Shown one piece after another: positions 29,053 through 38,656 of a stretch of 64,000 bases of DNA. Each line of letters begins with the position of its first letter. Position 1 is the first letter of the stretch. The stretch spans positions 4,164,305 to 4,228,304 of the forward strand of contig CBDCNM010000002.1 of NCBI GenBank assembly GCA_965219385.1, written 5' to 3'. The notes under the pieces were generated by a model. It made no database searches. It worked only from the letters and a program-made list of their open reading frames with translations, and was not told the DNA's origin. This stretch comes from Candidatus Latescibacterota bacterium (GTDB lineage Bacteria > Latescibacterota > UBA2968 > UBA8231). The position numbers and the translations under genes are program-made.

Positions 29053-31581
29053 TTAGTAAACCAGGTGGACGATGCGCACCACTTCGGTGTCCCCGGCGCC
29101 AACATCCGTTGAAAAAGCCACGCGCGCCAGGTAGGTGCCCGGCGCCACCCGGGCGCCGCTCTGGTCGCAGCCATCCCAGGCCACCGCGTGCAGGCCGCTG
29201 GGATGGGCGCGGACAATGGAAAGGTCGCGTACCCGGTGGCCGCCGAGGTCGTAGATCCCGACGCGGAGCAGGCGCTCGCCTTTGAGCCGGAAAACGGCAA
29301 ACCGGATCTGGGCCACATCGTTGATGCCATCCCCATTGGGGGTGAATACCGGGGGCGTCACTTCCACCGCATCGAGCAGGGGCGCCCCCTCCAGGTCGGC
29401 CACGACCACCAGGGACTGGCTCTCGATCAGGTCGGTCGCCTCGCCGGCGCTGACGATCTGGACCACCCCGGGCCGACTTGCCCGGGTCAGTTCGAGCTGA
29501 AAGGTGGTGCCGCTGAGAAAGACCTGGGTGCGGAAGGTGGCCGCGTAAATCGAGCTGCCCCGGGTGGCGGGCCGGGACAAGGCGATTTCGATACCACCTT
29601 CCTCCAGTTCGCGCAACGTTGCGGAGCCCGGCCACAAGCTCTGTCCCGCGCCGGCTCGAAGGGCCCCCTCCGCGCCGGCGCGCAGGCTCTGCAAGTGGAT
29701 TGGGGCCGACGACGACGAACGCAGCCGCAAGCGGTCAAAGCCCGGGTCCCCGGCTCTGAATTTCGGCTGGAAGTACAGGGTGAATTCCTCCTCGGCGCCG
29801 GGTCGCACCCCATCCACGGGCCAGATCTCGGCAAAGACCTGGTCGATGAGGGGCGGTTCCAGACCCAGCTGCAGGCGGCGGATGAAGGCCGTGCGCAGAG
29901 GATTGCGCGTGAGCAGACGCACCTGCACCATGGCCACCTTGCGCGGGCTGGGGGATTTGAACAGCTCTCCGGACCCCTGGTACAACGCGCTCCAGTTGCT
30001 CCACTGGGGACCGGGAAACTCCTGGGCGATCACCTCCCCGCGGTTGCGCTCGGTAGTGGACTCCCACTGCTCCTGACTGATTTCGCGGCCAAAGCGGTCG
30101 AAGTACTGCGCGGTGCGCAGCACATCGTCGCCGCTGCGGGTGCGGATCTCCAGGTGGGTATCCACCGGGGCTTCGCCTTCCCACTCCACTGTGGTGAACA
30201 TGCGCGAGCCCTGCAGCTGGATCATGGGTGAGGTCAGGGTGACTTCGGACACGTAGCCTTCGCCGTAGGCCTGGATCTCGCTCAAGCTGCCGGTCTCTTC
30301 CCGGGCCCCGATCAACTCCAGGCGTCGCAACTCGATGAAGCGCACTTCCTGGATCGGGAAGCGCTCTTCCAATTGCAGGAAGGCCTCTTTGTTGAGACGC
30401 TCGTCCAGGACGTTCCAGAGCATGGTGCCACCCGGATCCAGGGCGCCGTCGGAGAGGCGCACCTGGTACGCGGTCAACGGCTCCTCGGGGGTGATCAGGC
30501 GGATGCGCTCCAGCCAGTACTTGGCCCCCAGGTCGATCTCCAGTTGGCCGCGGTGGCGCAGGGGATCGTAGACCCTCAGGGGGTAGAGAGAAGCGAACAG
30601 GCCATCGGTCGACAGGACCAGCGCCGGGTTGGAAAAAAGATCGGATTCCTGGTTGAGGATGCGCTGGGTCAGGCTGATGATGTTGTCGCCCAGAGCGTAG
30701 ACTTCGATTTCGGCGAGCCGGGGCCGTTCGTGGCGAAAGTAGCGGATGGGGCCTCTTTCCTCGGAGGGCAGGACCTCGTAGGTCTCCTGGTCGATGGGGA
30801 TGTGGCGGCCGGCTATGGTCTGGCGGAAGTACTCGACGGCACCTCGGTCCGCAAGCGCCAAGCCCTGATAGGTGGTGGAGTCCACTTGCGCGCCCCAGGG
30901 GCCGTCCGTATCCAGGGCCTCAAAGCGCAACAACTGCACGACTTCGCCCTCCACACCTGCGGGCACAGGGCGCTGGGTCGGCACCTCAAAGACGAATTCG
31001 CGCCGGGTCTTGTTGGGCCGGGTCATCTGGCCGGCGCGGAAGAACCGGGGTTCCCCTGGCCGACCGCCGGTATGGAGGGCGCGCCCGTCGGAGAGCACCA
31101 CCCGGAACTTGAGGAAGGGATCCCCGCTCCCCTCTTCGACAAACCGCACCACGACCCGGCGGGCGATGACGGCGCGGCCCAGGTTGATTTCCACGAACCA
31201 GTTGGCCAAGGAGTCCGCCCGGTCGGGTTCCCAGAAGGTGGTCGGGTCTCCGTCCATCACTCGATGAGCCGTCTCCAGGTTGCTGCCCGCGTCCTGGAGA
31301 CCGCCGAAGATGGTATCCCCTCCGGCCGCCACGACGGTCTCGAATTCGTCGGCGTTGAGCAGGGCGTTGATGTCGCGGCGGACAAAGCGCGGCTGCACCC
31401 GGCCGTCTTCCTGGATCAGGTACGAGCCGATGGCCCCCTCCCAGGCGGTCCAGTGCTCGGGCCGGTCGATCGCGATCTGGTCGCGGGTGAGCCGGTAGCC
31501 CTCCTGGGCGAGGACGGGCAGGCCACTGACGGCGATGAGCAGCCCCACCAGCGGCAGGGTATGGGGGAGGGCCGTCCACAT
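29053..31581 (-). CDS. Secreted protein with discoidin-like regions and C-terminal FTPNGDG/FlgD-Ig domain (842 aa)
   Basis: Signal peptide and VFTPNGDGIND...IYDLGGHRVR...WDG...APGTY. Confidence 0.8.
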   Translation of the reverse strand: MWTALPHTLPLVGLLIAVSGLPVLAQEGYRLTRDQIAIDRPEHWTAWEGAIGSYLIQEDGRVQPRFVRRDINALLNADEFETVVAAGGDTIFGGLQDAGSNLETAHRVMDGDPTTFWEPDRADSLANWFVEINLGRAVIARRVVVRFVEEGSGDPFLKFRVVLSDGRALHTGGRPGEPRFFRAGQMTRPNKTRREFVFEVPTQRPVPAGVEGEVVQLLRFEALDTDGPWGAQVDSTTYQGLALADRGAVEYFRQTIAGRHIPIDQETYEVLPSEERGPIRYFRHERPRLAEIEVYALGDNIISLTQRILNQESDLFSNPALVLSTDGLFASLYPLRVYDPLRHRGQLEIDLGAKYWLERIRLITPEEPLTAYQVRLSDGALDPGGTMLWNVLDERLNKEAFLQLEERFPIQEVRFIELRRLELIGAREETGSLSEIQAYGEGYVSEVTLTSPMIQLQGSRMFTTVEWEGEAPVDTHLEIRTRSGDDVLRTAQYFDRFGREISQEQWESTTERNRGEVIAQEFPGPQWSNWSALYQGSGELFKSPSPRKVAMVQVRLLTRNPLRTAFIRRLQLGLEPPLIDQVFAEIWPVDGVRPGAEEEFTLYFQPKFRAGDPGFDRLRLRSSSSAPIHLQSLRAGAEGALRAGAGQSLWPGSATLRELEEGGIEIALSRPATRGSSIYAATFRTQVFLSGTTFQLELTRASRPGVVQIVSAGEATDLIESQSLVVVADLEGAPLLDAVEVTPPVFTPNGDGINDVAQIRFAVFRLKGERLLRVGIYDLGGHRVRDLSIVRAHPSGLHAVAWDGCDQSGARVAPGTYLARVAFSTDVGAGDTEVVRIVHLVY

Positions 31582-33422
31582 CAGTAGACCACCCCCACCA
31601 CGCCCTGCCGGCGCTCGGCGCCCCCATCCGCCCCCACCTGTACCTCGTACAGATACAACCCGGGAGGGACCTGCCGGCCCTGGGCATCCAGGCCGTCCCA
31701 GGTGCGGGTGTAGCGACCGTTGTCGTCGGCCCCTTCGTACACCAGCCGCACCCGACGCCCACTCAGGTCGTAGATGGCGACGAATACGGCCGCCGGCACC
31801 ACCAGCTTGAGCAGGCTGTAGCTGAGCACGAACTCATCGTTGAGGCCATCCCCATTGGGGGTAACCAGGGACAAGTTGGGCTGCACGTCCGCGATGAGGG
31901 GGAAACGTCCCTCCTCGGCGTCCAGCCGCACCACCAAGCTACCGCCGGGCAACTCCTGGTCGATATCCGCGGCTCGCGCCACTTGAAAGGCCTCGTCCAC
32001 CCCCTCGTCGGTGGTCCGCCGATCCAGGGCCCCGACCTCGAAGCGGGTGTGGTCGCGGAAGACGCGGCCAGTGAAGACGAGCTGCACGAAACTGCCGTTT
32101 TGCTCAATGCGGCGGAGCAGATTGACCGTGAAGCCCTGCCCGGGATGGTAGGTGGTGGTGGAAAACACCGGCTGGTCGTCGACGAGCGCCTGTTCCACGG
32201 CCAAGATTTCCGCGTCCGTGCCCACCCGGACATGGGTGAAGCCGGTGTCCCTGGGGTTGTAAAAGGTGCTGGTAGTCTTCAGGTGCACCTGCATGGACAG
32301 GGTGAAGCGGGTTTGCGCGCCGGGCGCCACCACCGGGGGGTGGATCTCGGCGGCGAGGTCCCGGGCCACCGGGGGCCGCAGGTATTCGAAAATCAGTTGT
32401 TTCAATTGGGTCCCTGGCAGGGAGAGGGACACGCGGAACTGCAGGTAGGGCTGCAGGCTGGGGGACCGGATCAGTCCATCGGTGACGGTCGCCCAGGCGC
32501 TCCATGCCGGATTGGGTTTGACCGGCCCCCTTTCGTCATCCTCCAGTCTCCGGTAGACTACTTCGTCGACGCGTTCGAACTCGTCTACGCCCACTACCGG
32601 CCGGCGGAAGAAGTGCAGGGGCTCGTCGTCGGGACCGGTGCGGGTCTGCACCACCATGGAGGCTTGCGAGAGATCGCCCCCTTCAAAGTACACCTTGCCC
32701 CAGACGATATTCGACCAGCTCGCCCGTATGGGCCTGGAGACGTACTCGCCCACCGGTACGGTGCCGTCGCCGTAGACTTCCAGTTCGGCGATCTCCCAGG
32801 CCCGCTCCGTGGTAGGGCTGAGGCGGATGAAGCGCACGTCCCGGCTGCTAAAGTGCCGGTCCAGCACGGGCTCGGTGTTGGGACGATGCGACGGAAAATC
32901 GAGGAGCGGCTCAAAACCCTCTGGTGTGCTCACGGAGTTGGTGGCGATGCTGAACTCCTGGAGGAAGCGACGCCGGTGTTTCCGGTCCAGGCGCGGGAAA
33001 AAGCGGAGTCGGTTGACGCGGAAGGCGCCGCCCAAGTCGAGGTACAGGGGCTCGGTGCGCGGCAGGAGCGCGCCCTCCGGATCAAAGGCCGTGCCCAGAT
33101 CGCCGTCGTAGAGCAACTCCCCCCCCTCCACGGAGTACACGTGCGATCCTGAACCTAGTATCCGCTCCACCCGGTGCAGGCCCCCATCCCGCTCCGGGAT
33201 GCCGGCGGACAGGTTGGCATTGGGGGCTACAGCCCACATCCAGATGGAATCGCGGCTGACCGCCATGAACCGGGACGACTCCCGGACCTGAGTCCAGGAC
33301 CCCCTGTTGTTGTCTGAGCCCACGATCAGGCTGTCAAGCGCTGGCAGCACCGCGACGGACCCCAGGAGGAAAAGGGCGCTTAGGCTTAGACTGAGTAAGG
33401 ACAGGCTGGTCCGCACACGCAT
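31581..33422 (-). CDS. Secreted protein with C-terminal TPNGDG/FlgD-Ig domain (613 aa)
   Basis: Signal peptide, LDLGG...RFFPR, and TPNGDGLND...IYDLSGRRVR...WDG...PPGLY. Stop/start overlap with the next gene. Confidence 0.8.
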   Translation of the reverse strand: MRVRTSLSLLSLSLSALFLLGSVAVLPALDSLIVGSDNNRGSWTQVRESSRFMAVSRDSIWMWAVAPNANLSAGIPERDGGLHRVERILGSGSHVYSVEGGELLYDGDLGTAFDPEGALLPRTEPLYLDLGGAFRVNRLRFFPRLDRKHRRRFLQEFSIATNSVSTPEGFEPLLDFPSHRPNTEPVLDRHFSSRDVRFIRLSPTTERAWEIAELEVYGDGTVPVGEYVSRPIRASWSNIVWGKVYFEGGDLSQASMVVQTRTGPDDEPLHFFRRPVVGVDEFERVDEVVYRRLEDDERGPVKPNPAWSAWATVTDGLIRSPSLQPYLQFRVSLSLPGTQLKQLIFEYLRPPVARDLAAEIHPPVVAPGAQTRFTLSMQVHLKTTSTFYNPRDTGFTHVRVGTDAEILAVEQALVDDQPVFSTTTYHPGQGFTVNLLRRIEQNGSFVQLVFTGRVFRDHTRFEVGALDRRTTDEGVDEAFQVARAADIDQELPGGSLVVRLDAEEGRFPLIADVQPNLSLVTPNGDGLNDEFVLSYSLLKLVVPAAVFVAIYDLSGRRVRLVYEGADDNGRYTRTWDGLDAQGRQVPPGLYLYEVQVGADGGAERRQGVVGVVY

Positions 33423-33466
33423 TGCTCCTCATAGCGTGGTTTTAAAGCTGGGAAACACGCCCTCGA

Positions 33467-34402
33467 CTAGCGGACAAAGGTCGCCTTGATCCGGCTCCAG
33501 GTCATGCTCTCCACCGCCGAGTCGGGGAGCTCACCCCCAGGACCCACCAGAAGGCCCCGGGCGAAGATGTCGGCGTTCCAGAGACTGTCCCACTGGTCCT
33601 GGGCCCTAATAGAATGGATAGTTTCCGCCCGGCCTTCCTCGTCAAGATCTGCAATTGCCAGGTAAAACCCGATCAGGGTCCCAGGCGACAACGTCGACAC
33701 TACACTCTCCTCTGGGCTGTTCCAAATGAACCGATCAAAGGGCGTCACGTAGAATTCCGTCACCGATAGCGTGGGATGCTCGCCGAAAGAAGCCCCACCC
33801 CCCTCCGCATACGGCGGCAGATGGAACCAATCTTCTTCGTCTCCACTCTGAGCTACTAAGCATACATGGGGGCCGCCGCCGAAGATGTCACCCAGGACGA
33901 TGTAGCTTTGAGCGTGTTGATTCGTCCGCAACCGGCGTTCCTCGTCGTCCTTGATCTCGTTGCGATTGAAGTAGTATTGCCCGCCGCTGGCATCTCCGTC
34001 CACCCTGAAGTTTACCGCAGAATCATGCTGCTCCATAAAAACACATGCACGGATCTTTTCAGCACCTTCATAATTATTGATATATATATCATCGGAGCGC
34101 TCGATGGCCACATAGAGGCGCTGGCTGGCCCCGTGCCAGGCCAGCCAGACACGGTAATCCATATCGGCCGGATCATACGGTGGCCGATTGGGAGGGATCT
34201 GAAAGTCCAGGGCAGTCAGGGTGGGTTCGCCCAGCAGGTCGACCCACTCGTCGACGGACCCATCGGTCACGTCAATCTGGGCCAGGTCCGCGTCGGTCAA
34301 CTCGACGAAGGGATAGAGCCTTTCGCTTTCCTGCGCCTCGGCGCCACCAAGCAGCCCCACCACCAGGCCGATAATGGGTAGGAAACGTTTTACCAGGTTC
34401 AT
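33467..34402 (-). CDS. Array paralog B5 (311 aa)
   Basis: Same scaffold, tail SAVESMTWSRIKATFVR. Confidence 0.85.
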   Translation of the reverse strand: MNLVKRFLPIIGLVVGLLGGAEAQESERLYPFVELTDADLAQIDVTDGSVDEWVDLLGEPTLTALDFQIPPNRPPYDPADMDYRVWLAWHGASQRLYVAIERSDDIYINNYEGAEKIRACVFMEQHDSAVNFRVDGDASGGQYYFNRNEIKDDEERRLRTNQHAQSYIVLGDIFGGGPHVCLVAQSGDEEDWFHLPPYAEGGGASFGEHPTLSVTEFYVTPFDRFIWNSPEESVVSTLSPGTLIGFYLAIADLDEEGRAETIHSIRAQDQWDSLWNADIFARGLLVGPGGELPDSAVESMTWSRIKATFVR

Positions 34403-34452
34403 CGGGGTCCTTCCTTAGGTTGAATTTCCATTGAGGCCGCCTTCGCTGAGGG

Positions 34453-35526
34453 CTACCCTCTCAGCCACCCCACCCACTCAATCAGCGGCGGCACCAGATT
34501 GCCCGCGAAAAACGCCGTCACGACTACTCCACCGGTTATAAACGGTACAAAGGGCATGGACTGTTCGACGGCCACCACCCCACCCCCTGACAAGCGCCCC
34601 TCCCCTGCCAGCTTCTGCACCCGGCGCACCTGCTGCTCAGAAAGCGGCCGGCCCGCCTCGCAGATAGGGGCCTCCTCTGCCTCTGCCCCTGCTGCAAACA
34701 GCGCCTGACGAGGGATAGCCCCTGCTTGTAACAAACCCACCGGAAAGGATTGCACGAACGCCCGGCTATACCGGTGCCGCACCTGCCCATAAGCCAGCTC
34801 GAGCAGCCAGACCGCCCCCCACATCAGCACATAGGCTTGCCAGCCGCCGGTAGCCTGACCCAGGTAGAGCAACGCGACCAGACCCGGCACCAGCACCACC
34901 GGCCAGTAGCGCACCTCCAGCCCCCGCTCCAACAGCCGGTAGCCGATCACCAGCGCCCCCAGCATCTCCAGGTAGCTCAGCGGTCGTTCCAGCACCAGCC
35001 AGGCAAGGCTCAAGGCCCACCCCAGCAGCCCGGCCAGGCCCCAGGCCGCCTTGAGCCACGGCCGGCCTTCAGGCCGGTCCTGCTCCGGGGCTTGCTGCCA
35101 CGCCCGCTGCCACACCGGCACCAGCAACAAGACCAGCAAATAGCCCAGCAGCGCATTGACGACCAGCGCCACAGGGGCCGCCTGCAGCGAGAAGGGGTCC
35201 GTAGAAGGACACAGGGTGGGGGGCAAGGCTAGGGCGGCGGCCCAGTAGAGCTTGGCGTCGCCCGGCGACCAGAAGCCCAACAGGGTCAGGCCAAAGGCTA
35301 TGGCCAGTGCGGTGAGCAGCAGGGCGACGACCCGGCTCAGGGAAGTAACGTCCAGGAAAATCATGGTGAGCTGTCCGGCCAGGCCGATGGCCAAGAGCGC
35401 GAAGGTGTAGCGATTGGGCACCCGTCGTAGTTTCAGGTCGGTATAGCTGGTATACAAGCCCACCGTCAGCACCGCGGAGAGCATGACCAGCTCTACCAGA
35501 AAAACCGGATCGGTGAAAAGGTTCAT
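34453..35526 (-). CDS. A24 family peptidase, copy 2
   Basis: Near-identical to 8039..9109 (by eye about 11 substitutions and one inserted residue). Confidence 0.85.
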   Translation of the reverse strand: MNLFTDPVFLVELVMLSAVLTVGLYTSYTDLKLRRVPNRYTFALLAIGLAGQLTMIFLDVTSLSRVVALLLTALAIAFGLTLLGFWSPGDAKLYWAAALALPPTLCPSTDPFSLQAAPVALVVNALLGYLLVLLLVPVWQRAWQQAPEQDRPEGRPWLKAAWGLAGLLGWALSLAWLVLERPLSYLEMLGALVIGYRLLERGLEVRYWPVVLVPGLVALLYLGQATGGWQAYVLMWGAVWLLELAYGQVRHRYSRAFVQSFPVGLLQAGAIPRQALFAAGAEAEEAPICEAGRPLSEQQVRRVQKLAGEGRLSGGGVVAVEQSMPFVPFITGGVVVTAFFAGNLVPPLIEWVGWLRG

Positions 35527-35584
35527 TTTATTCTATTTCCCTCGAAGTGGGCCCCTGGGGCCCGGCCGGCCGCCGGCCAGTGCC

Positions 35585-36544
35585 TCACCGGACAAAGGTC
35601 GCCTTGATCCGGCTCCAGGTCACGCTCTCCACCGCTGAGTCGGGGAGCTCACCCCCAGGACCCACCAGCAGTCCCCGGACGAAGTTGTCGGCATTCTGGT
35701 GTGCAGTCGACGAGTAATCTCCCTCCATAATAAAATGCATGCCTTCCGTCTGGAGTTGGTCCGCGTCGTCATGATCTAGAATTGTGAGGGAAAACCCGAT
35801 CAGCGTCCCAGGCGACAACGCCGACACCACACTCTCCTCCGGGCTGTTCCAGATCAACCGGTCAAAGGGTGTCACGTAGAATTCCGTCACCGAAAACGTG
35901 GGATGCTCGCCGAAAGAAGCCCCACCTCCCTCCACATACGGCGGCAGATTGAACCAGTCCTCGTCGCCATATAGACTCTGAGTCCACAAGCATACATGGG
36001 GGCCGCCGCCGACGATGTCACCCAGGACACGGTAGCCTTGAGCATGTTGATTCATCAGCAGTCGGCGCTCCTCATCGAACGGGCCGCCCACACGGATGAC
36101 TGGGGGCATGAAGTAGTATTCCCCGCCACTGGCGTCGCCGTCCACCCTGAAGAGTACAAAAGAATCATGCCCCACCATCTGAATACATGAACGGATCGTT
36201 CCATCATCTTCATAGGTATTGATATATATATCATCGGAGCGCTCGACCGCCCCATAGATGCGCTGGGTGGCCCCGTGCCAGGCCAGCCAGACGCGGTAAT
36301 CCATATCCGACGGATCATACGGTGCCTTATCGGGATGGGTCTGAAAGTCCAGGGGGGTCAGGGTGGGTTCGCCCAGCAGATCGACCCACTCGTCAATCGA
36401 GCCATCGGTCACGTCGATTTGGGCCAGGTCCGCGTCGGTCAACTCGACGAAGGGATAGACCCTTTCGCTTTCCTGCGCCTCGGCACCATGGAGCAGCCCC
36501 ACCACCAGGCCGATAATGGGTAGGAAACGCTTTACCAGGTTCAT
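35585..36544 (-). CDS. Array paralog B4 (319 aa)
   Basis: Same scaffold. Closest to A6, which occupies the same position upstream of the peptidase. Confidence 0.85.
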   Translation of the reverse strand: MNLVKRFLPIIGLVVGLLHGAEAQESERVYPFVELTDADLAQIDVTDGSIDEWVDLLGEPTLTPLDFQTHPDKAPYDPSDMDYRVWLAWHGATQRIYGAVERSDDIYINTYEDDGTIRSCIQMVGHDSFVLFRVDGDASGGEYYFMPPVIRVGGPFDEERRLLMNQHAQGYRVLGDIVGGGPHVCLWTQSLYGDEDWFNLPPYVEGGGASFGEHPTFSVTEFYVTPFDRLIWNSPEESVVSALSPGTLIGFSLTILDHDDADQLQTEGMHFIMEGDYSSTAHQNADNFVRGLLVGPGGELPDSAVESVTWSRIKATFVR

Positions 36545-36616
36545 CGTGGTCCTTCCTTAGGTTGAATTTCCATTGAAGTGGGCCCCTCGGCCCCGGCCGG
36601 TCGCCGGTCTGGCACC

Positions 36617-37573
36617 TCACCGGACAAAGGTCGCCTTGATCCGGCTCCAGGTCACGCTCTCCACCGCTGAGTCGGGGAGCTCACCCCCAGGACCCACCAG
36701 CAGTCCCCGGACGAAGTTGTCGGCATTCCGGAATATAGCCGACGAGTAATCTCCCTCCGCAATAAAATGCGTAATAAAATGGAACCCTTCCGCCGGGCTT
36801 TCCGCGTCGTCATGATCTAGAATTGTGAGGGAAAACCCGATCAGCGTCCCAGGCGACAACGTCGACACCACACTCTCCTCCGGGCTGTTCCAAATCAACC
36901 GGTCAAAGGGTGTCACGTAGAATTCCGTCACCGAAAACGTGGGATGCTCGCCGAAAGAAGCCCCACCTCCCTCCGCATACGGCGGCAGATTGAACCAGTC
37001 CTCGTCGCCATATAGACTCTGAGGGGACAAGCATACATGGGGGCCGCCGACGACGATGTCACCCAGGACGACGTAGCTTTGAGCGTGTTGATTCTCCAGC
37101 AACCGGTGTTCATCCCGGTCCTTGATCTCTTCAAGAGAGAAGGCGTATTTCCCGCCGCTGGCGTCGCCGTCCACCCTGAAGCTTACCATAGAATCATGCC
37201 CCAGCATCGCAGCACATATAGGTCTCGCATCACCACCTTCATAATAATTAATGTATATATCATCGGAGCGCTCGACCGCCCCATAGATGCGCTGGGTGGC
37301 CCCGTGCCAGGCCAGCCAGACGCGGTAATCCATATCGGCCGGATCATACGGGGCCCGATCGAGACGGGTCTGAAAGTCCAGGGCAGTCAGGGTGGGTTCG
37401 CCCAGCAGGTCCTTCCACTCGTCAATCGAGCCATCCGTCACGTCAATCTGGGCCAGGTCGTCGTCGGTCAACTCGACGAAGGGATAGAGCCTTTCGCTTT
37501 CCTGCGCCTCGGCGCCACGCAGCAGCCCCACCACCAGGCCGATCATGGGTAGGGACCTCTTTATTAGGTTCAT
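36617..37573 (-). CDS. Array paralog B3 (318 aa)
   Basis: Same scaffold, intact. Confidence 0.85.
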   Translation of the reverse strand: MNLIKRSLPMIGLVVGLLRGAEAQESERLYPFVELTDDDLAQIDVTDGSIDEWKDLLGEPTLTALDFQTRLDRAPYDPADMDYRVWLAWHGATQRIYGAVERSDDIYINYYEGGDARPICAAMLGHDSMVSFRVDGDASGGKYAFSLEEIKDRDEHRLLENQHAQSYVVLGDIVVGGPHVCLSPQSLYGDEDWFNLPPYAEGGGASFGEHPTFSVTEFYVTPFDRLIWNSPEESVVSTLSPGTLIGFSLTILDHDDAESPAEGFHFITHFIAEGDYSSAIFRNADNFVRGLLVGPGGELPDSAVESVTWSRIKATFVR

Positions 37574-37640
37574 CCTGGTCCTCCCTTAGGTTGAATTTCC
37601 CTTGAGGCGGTCACTGCGGCCACGCCCGACGTCTTTGCGC

Positions 37641-38585
37641 TTAGCGGACAAAGGTCGCCTTGATCCGGCTCCAGGTGATATTCTCCACCGCTGAGTCGGG
37701 GATCTCGCCCCCAGGGCCCACCAGCAGCCCCCGGGCGAAGCCGTCGGCGTTCGAGGGACTACCGGACCACTGGTCGCCCCTAATAGCATGCCAGCCTTCC
37801 GGCAATGCGGCGCCTTCCTCGTCAAAATCTGCAATTGACAGGATAAACCCGATCAGAGTCCCACGCGACAACGTCGACACCACACTCTCCTCGGGGCTGT
37901 TCCAGATCAACCGATCAAAGGGCGTCACGTAGAATTCCGTCACCGATAGCGTGGGATGAGCCCCGAAAGAGGCCCCACCCCCCTCCGCATACGGCGGGAG
38001 CTGAAACCAATCTTCGTCGCCATATAGAGTCTGAAACCCCAAGCATACATGGGGGCCGCCGACGACGATGTCACCCAGGACGACGTAGCTTTGAGCGTGT
38101 TGATTCTCCAGCAACCGGTGTTCATCCCGGTCCTTGATCTCTTCAAGAGAGAAGGCGTATTTCCCGCCGCTGGCGTCGCCGTCCACCCTGAAGCTTACCA
38201 TAGAATCATGCCCCAGCATCGCAGCACATATAGGTCTCGCATCACCACCTTCATAATAATTAATGTATATATCATCGGCGCGCTCGACCGCCACATAGAT
38301 GCGCCGGGTGGCCCCGTGCCAGGCCAGCCAGACGCGGTAATCCATATCGGCCGGATCATACGGTGCCCGACCGGGACGGGTCTGAAAGTCCAGGGCGGTC
38401 AGGGTGGGTTCGCCCAGCAGGTCCTTCCACTCGTCAATCGAGCCATCGGTCACGTCAATCTGGGCCAGGTCGTCGTCGGTCAACTCGACGAAGGGATAGA
38501 GCCTTTCGCTTTCCTGCGCCTCGGCGCCACGCAGCAGCCCCACCACCAGGCCGATCATGGGTAGGAAACGCTTTATTAGGTTCAT
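37641..38585 (-). CDS. Array paralog B2 (314 aa)
   Basis: Same scaffold, intact. Confidence 0.85.
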   Translation of the reverse strand: MNLIKRFLPMIGLVVGLLRGAEAQESERLYPFVELTDDDLAQIDVTDGSIDEWKDLLGEPTLTALDFQTRPGRAPYDPADMDYRVWLAWHGATRRIYVAVERADDIYINYYEGGDARPICAAMLGHDSMVSFRVDGDASGGKYAFSLEEIKDRDEHRLLENQHAQSYVVLGDIVVGGPHVCLGFQTLYGDEDWFQLPPYAEGGGASFGAHPTLSVTEFYVTPFDRLIWNSPEESVVSTLSRGTLIGFILSIADFDEEGAALPEGWHAIRGDQWSGSPSNADGFARGLLVGPGGEIPDSAVENITWSRIKATFVR

Positions 38586-38656
38586 CCTAGTCCTCCCTTA
38601 TGCGGCATTTCCCTCGAAGTGGGCACCTGGGCCCCGGCCGGCCTCTGGCCAGCGCC

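Noticed and set aside
29024..29635. N-terminal extension of the 1094-aa ORF
   Set aside because: It overlaps the upstream FlgD-domain gene in another frame. The signal peptide and paralog length support a start at 29023.
8039..35526. The duplicated peptidase and arrays as a pure assembly duplication
   Set aside because: The copies differ by many substitutions and indels and have different flanking genes. Strain chimerism still needs a read-level check.
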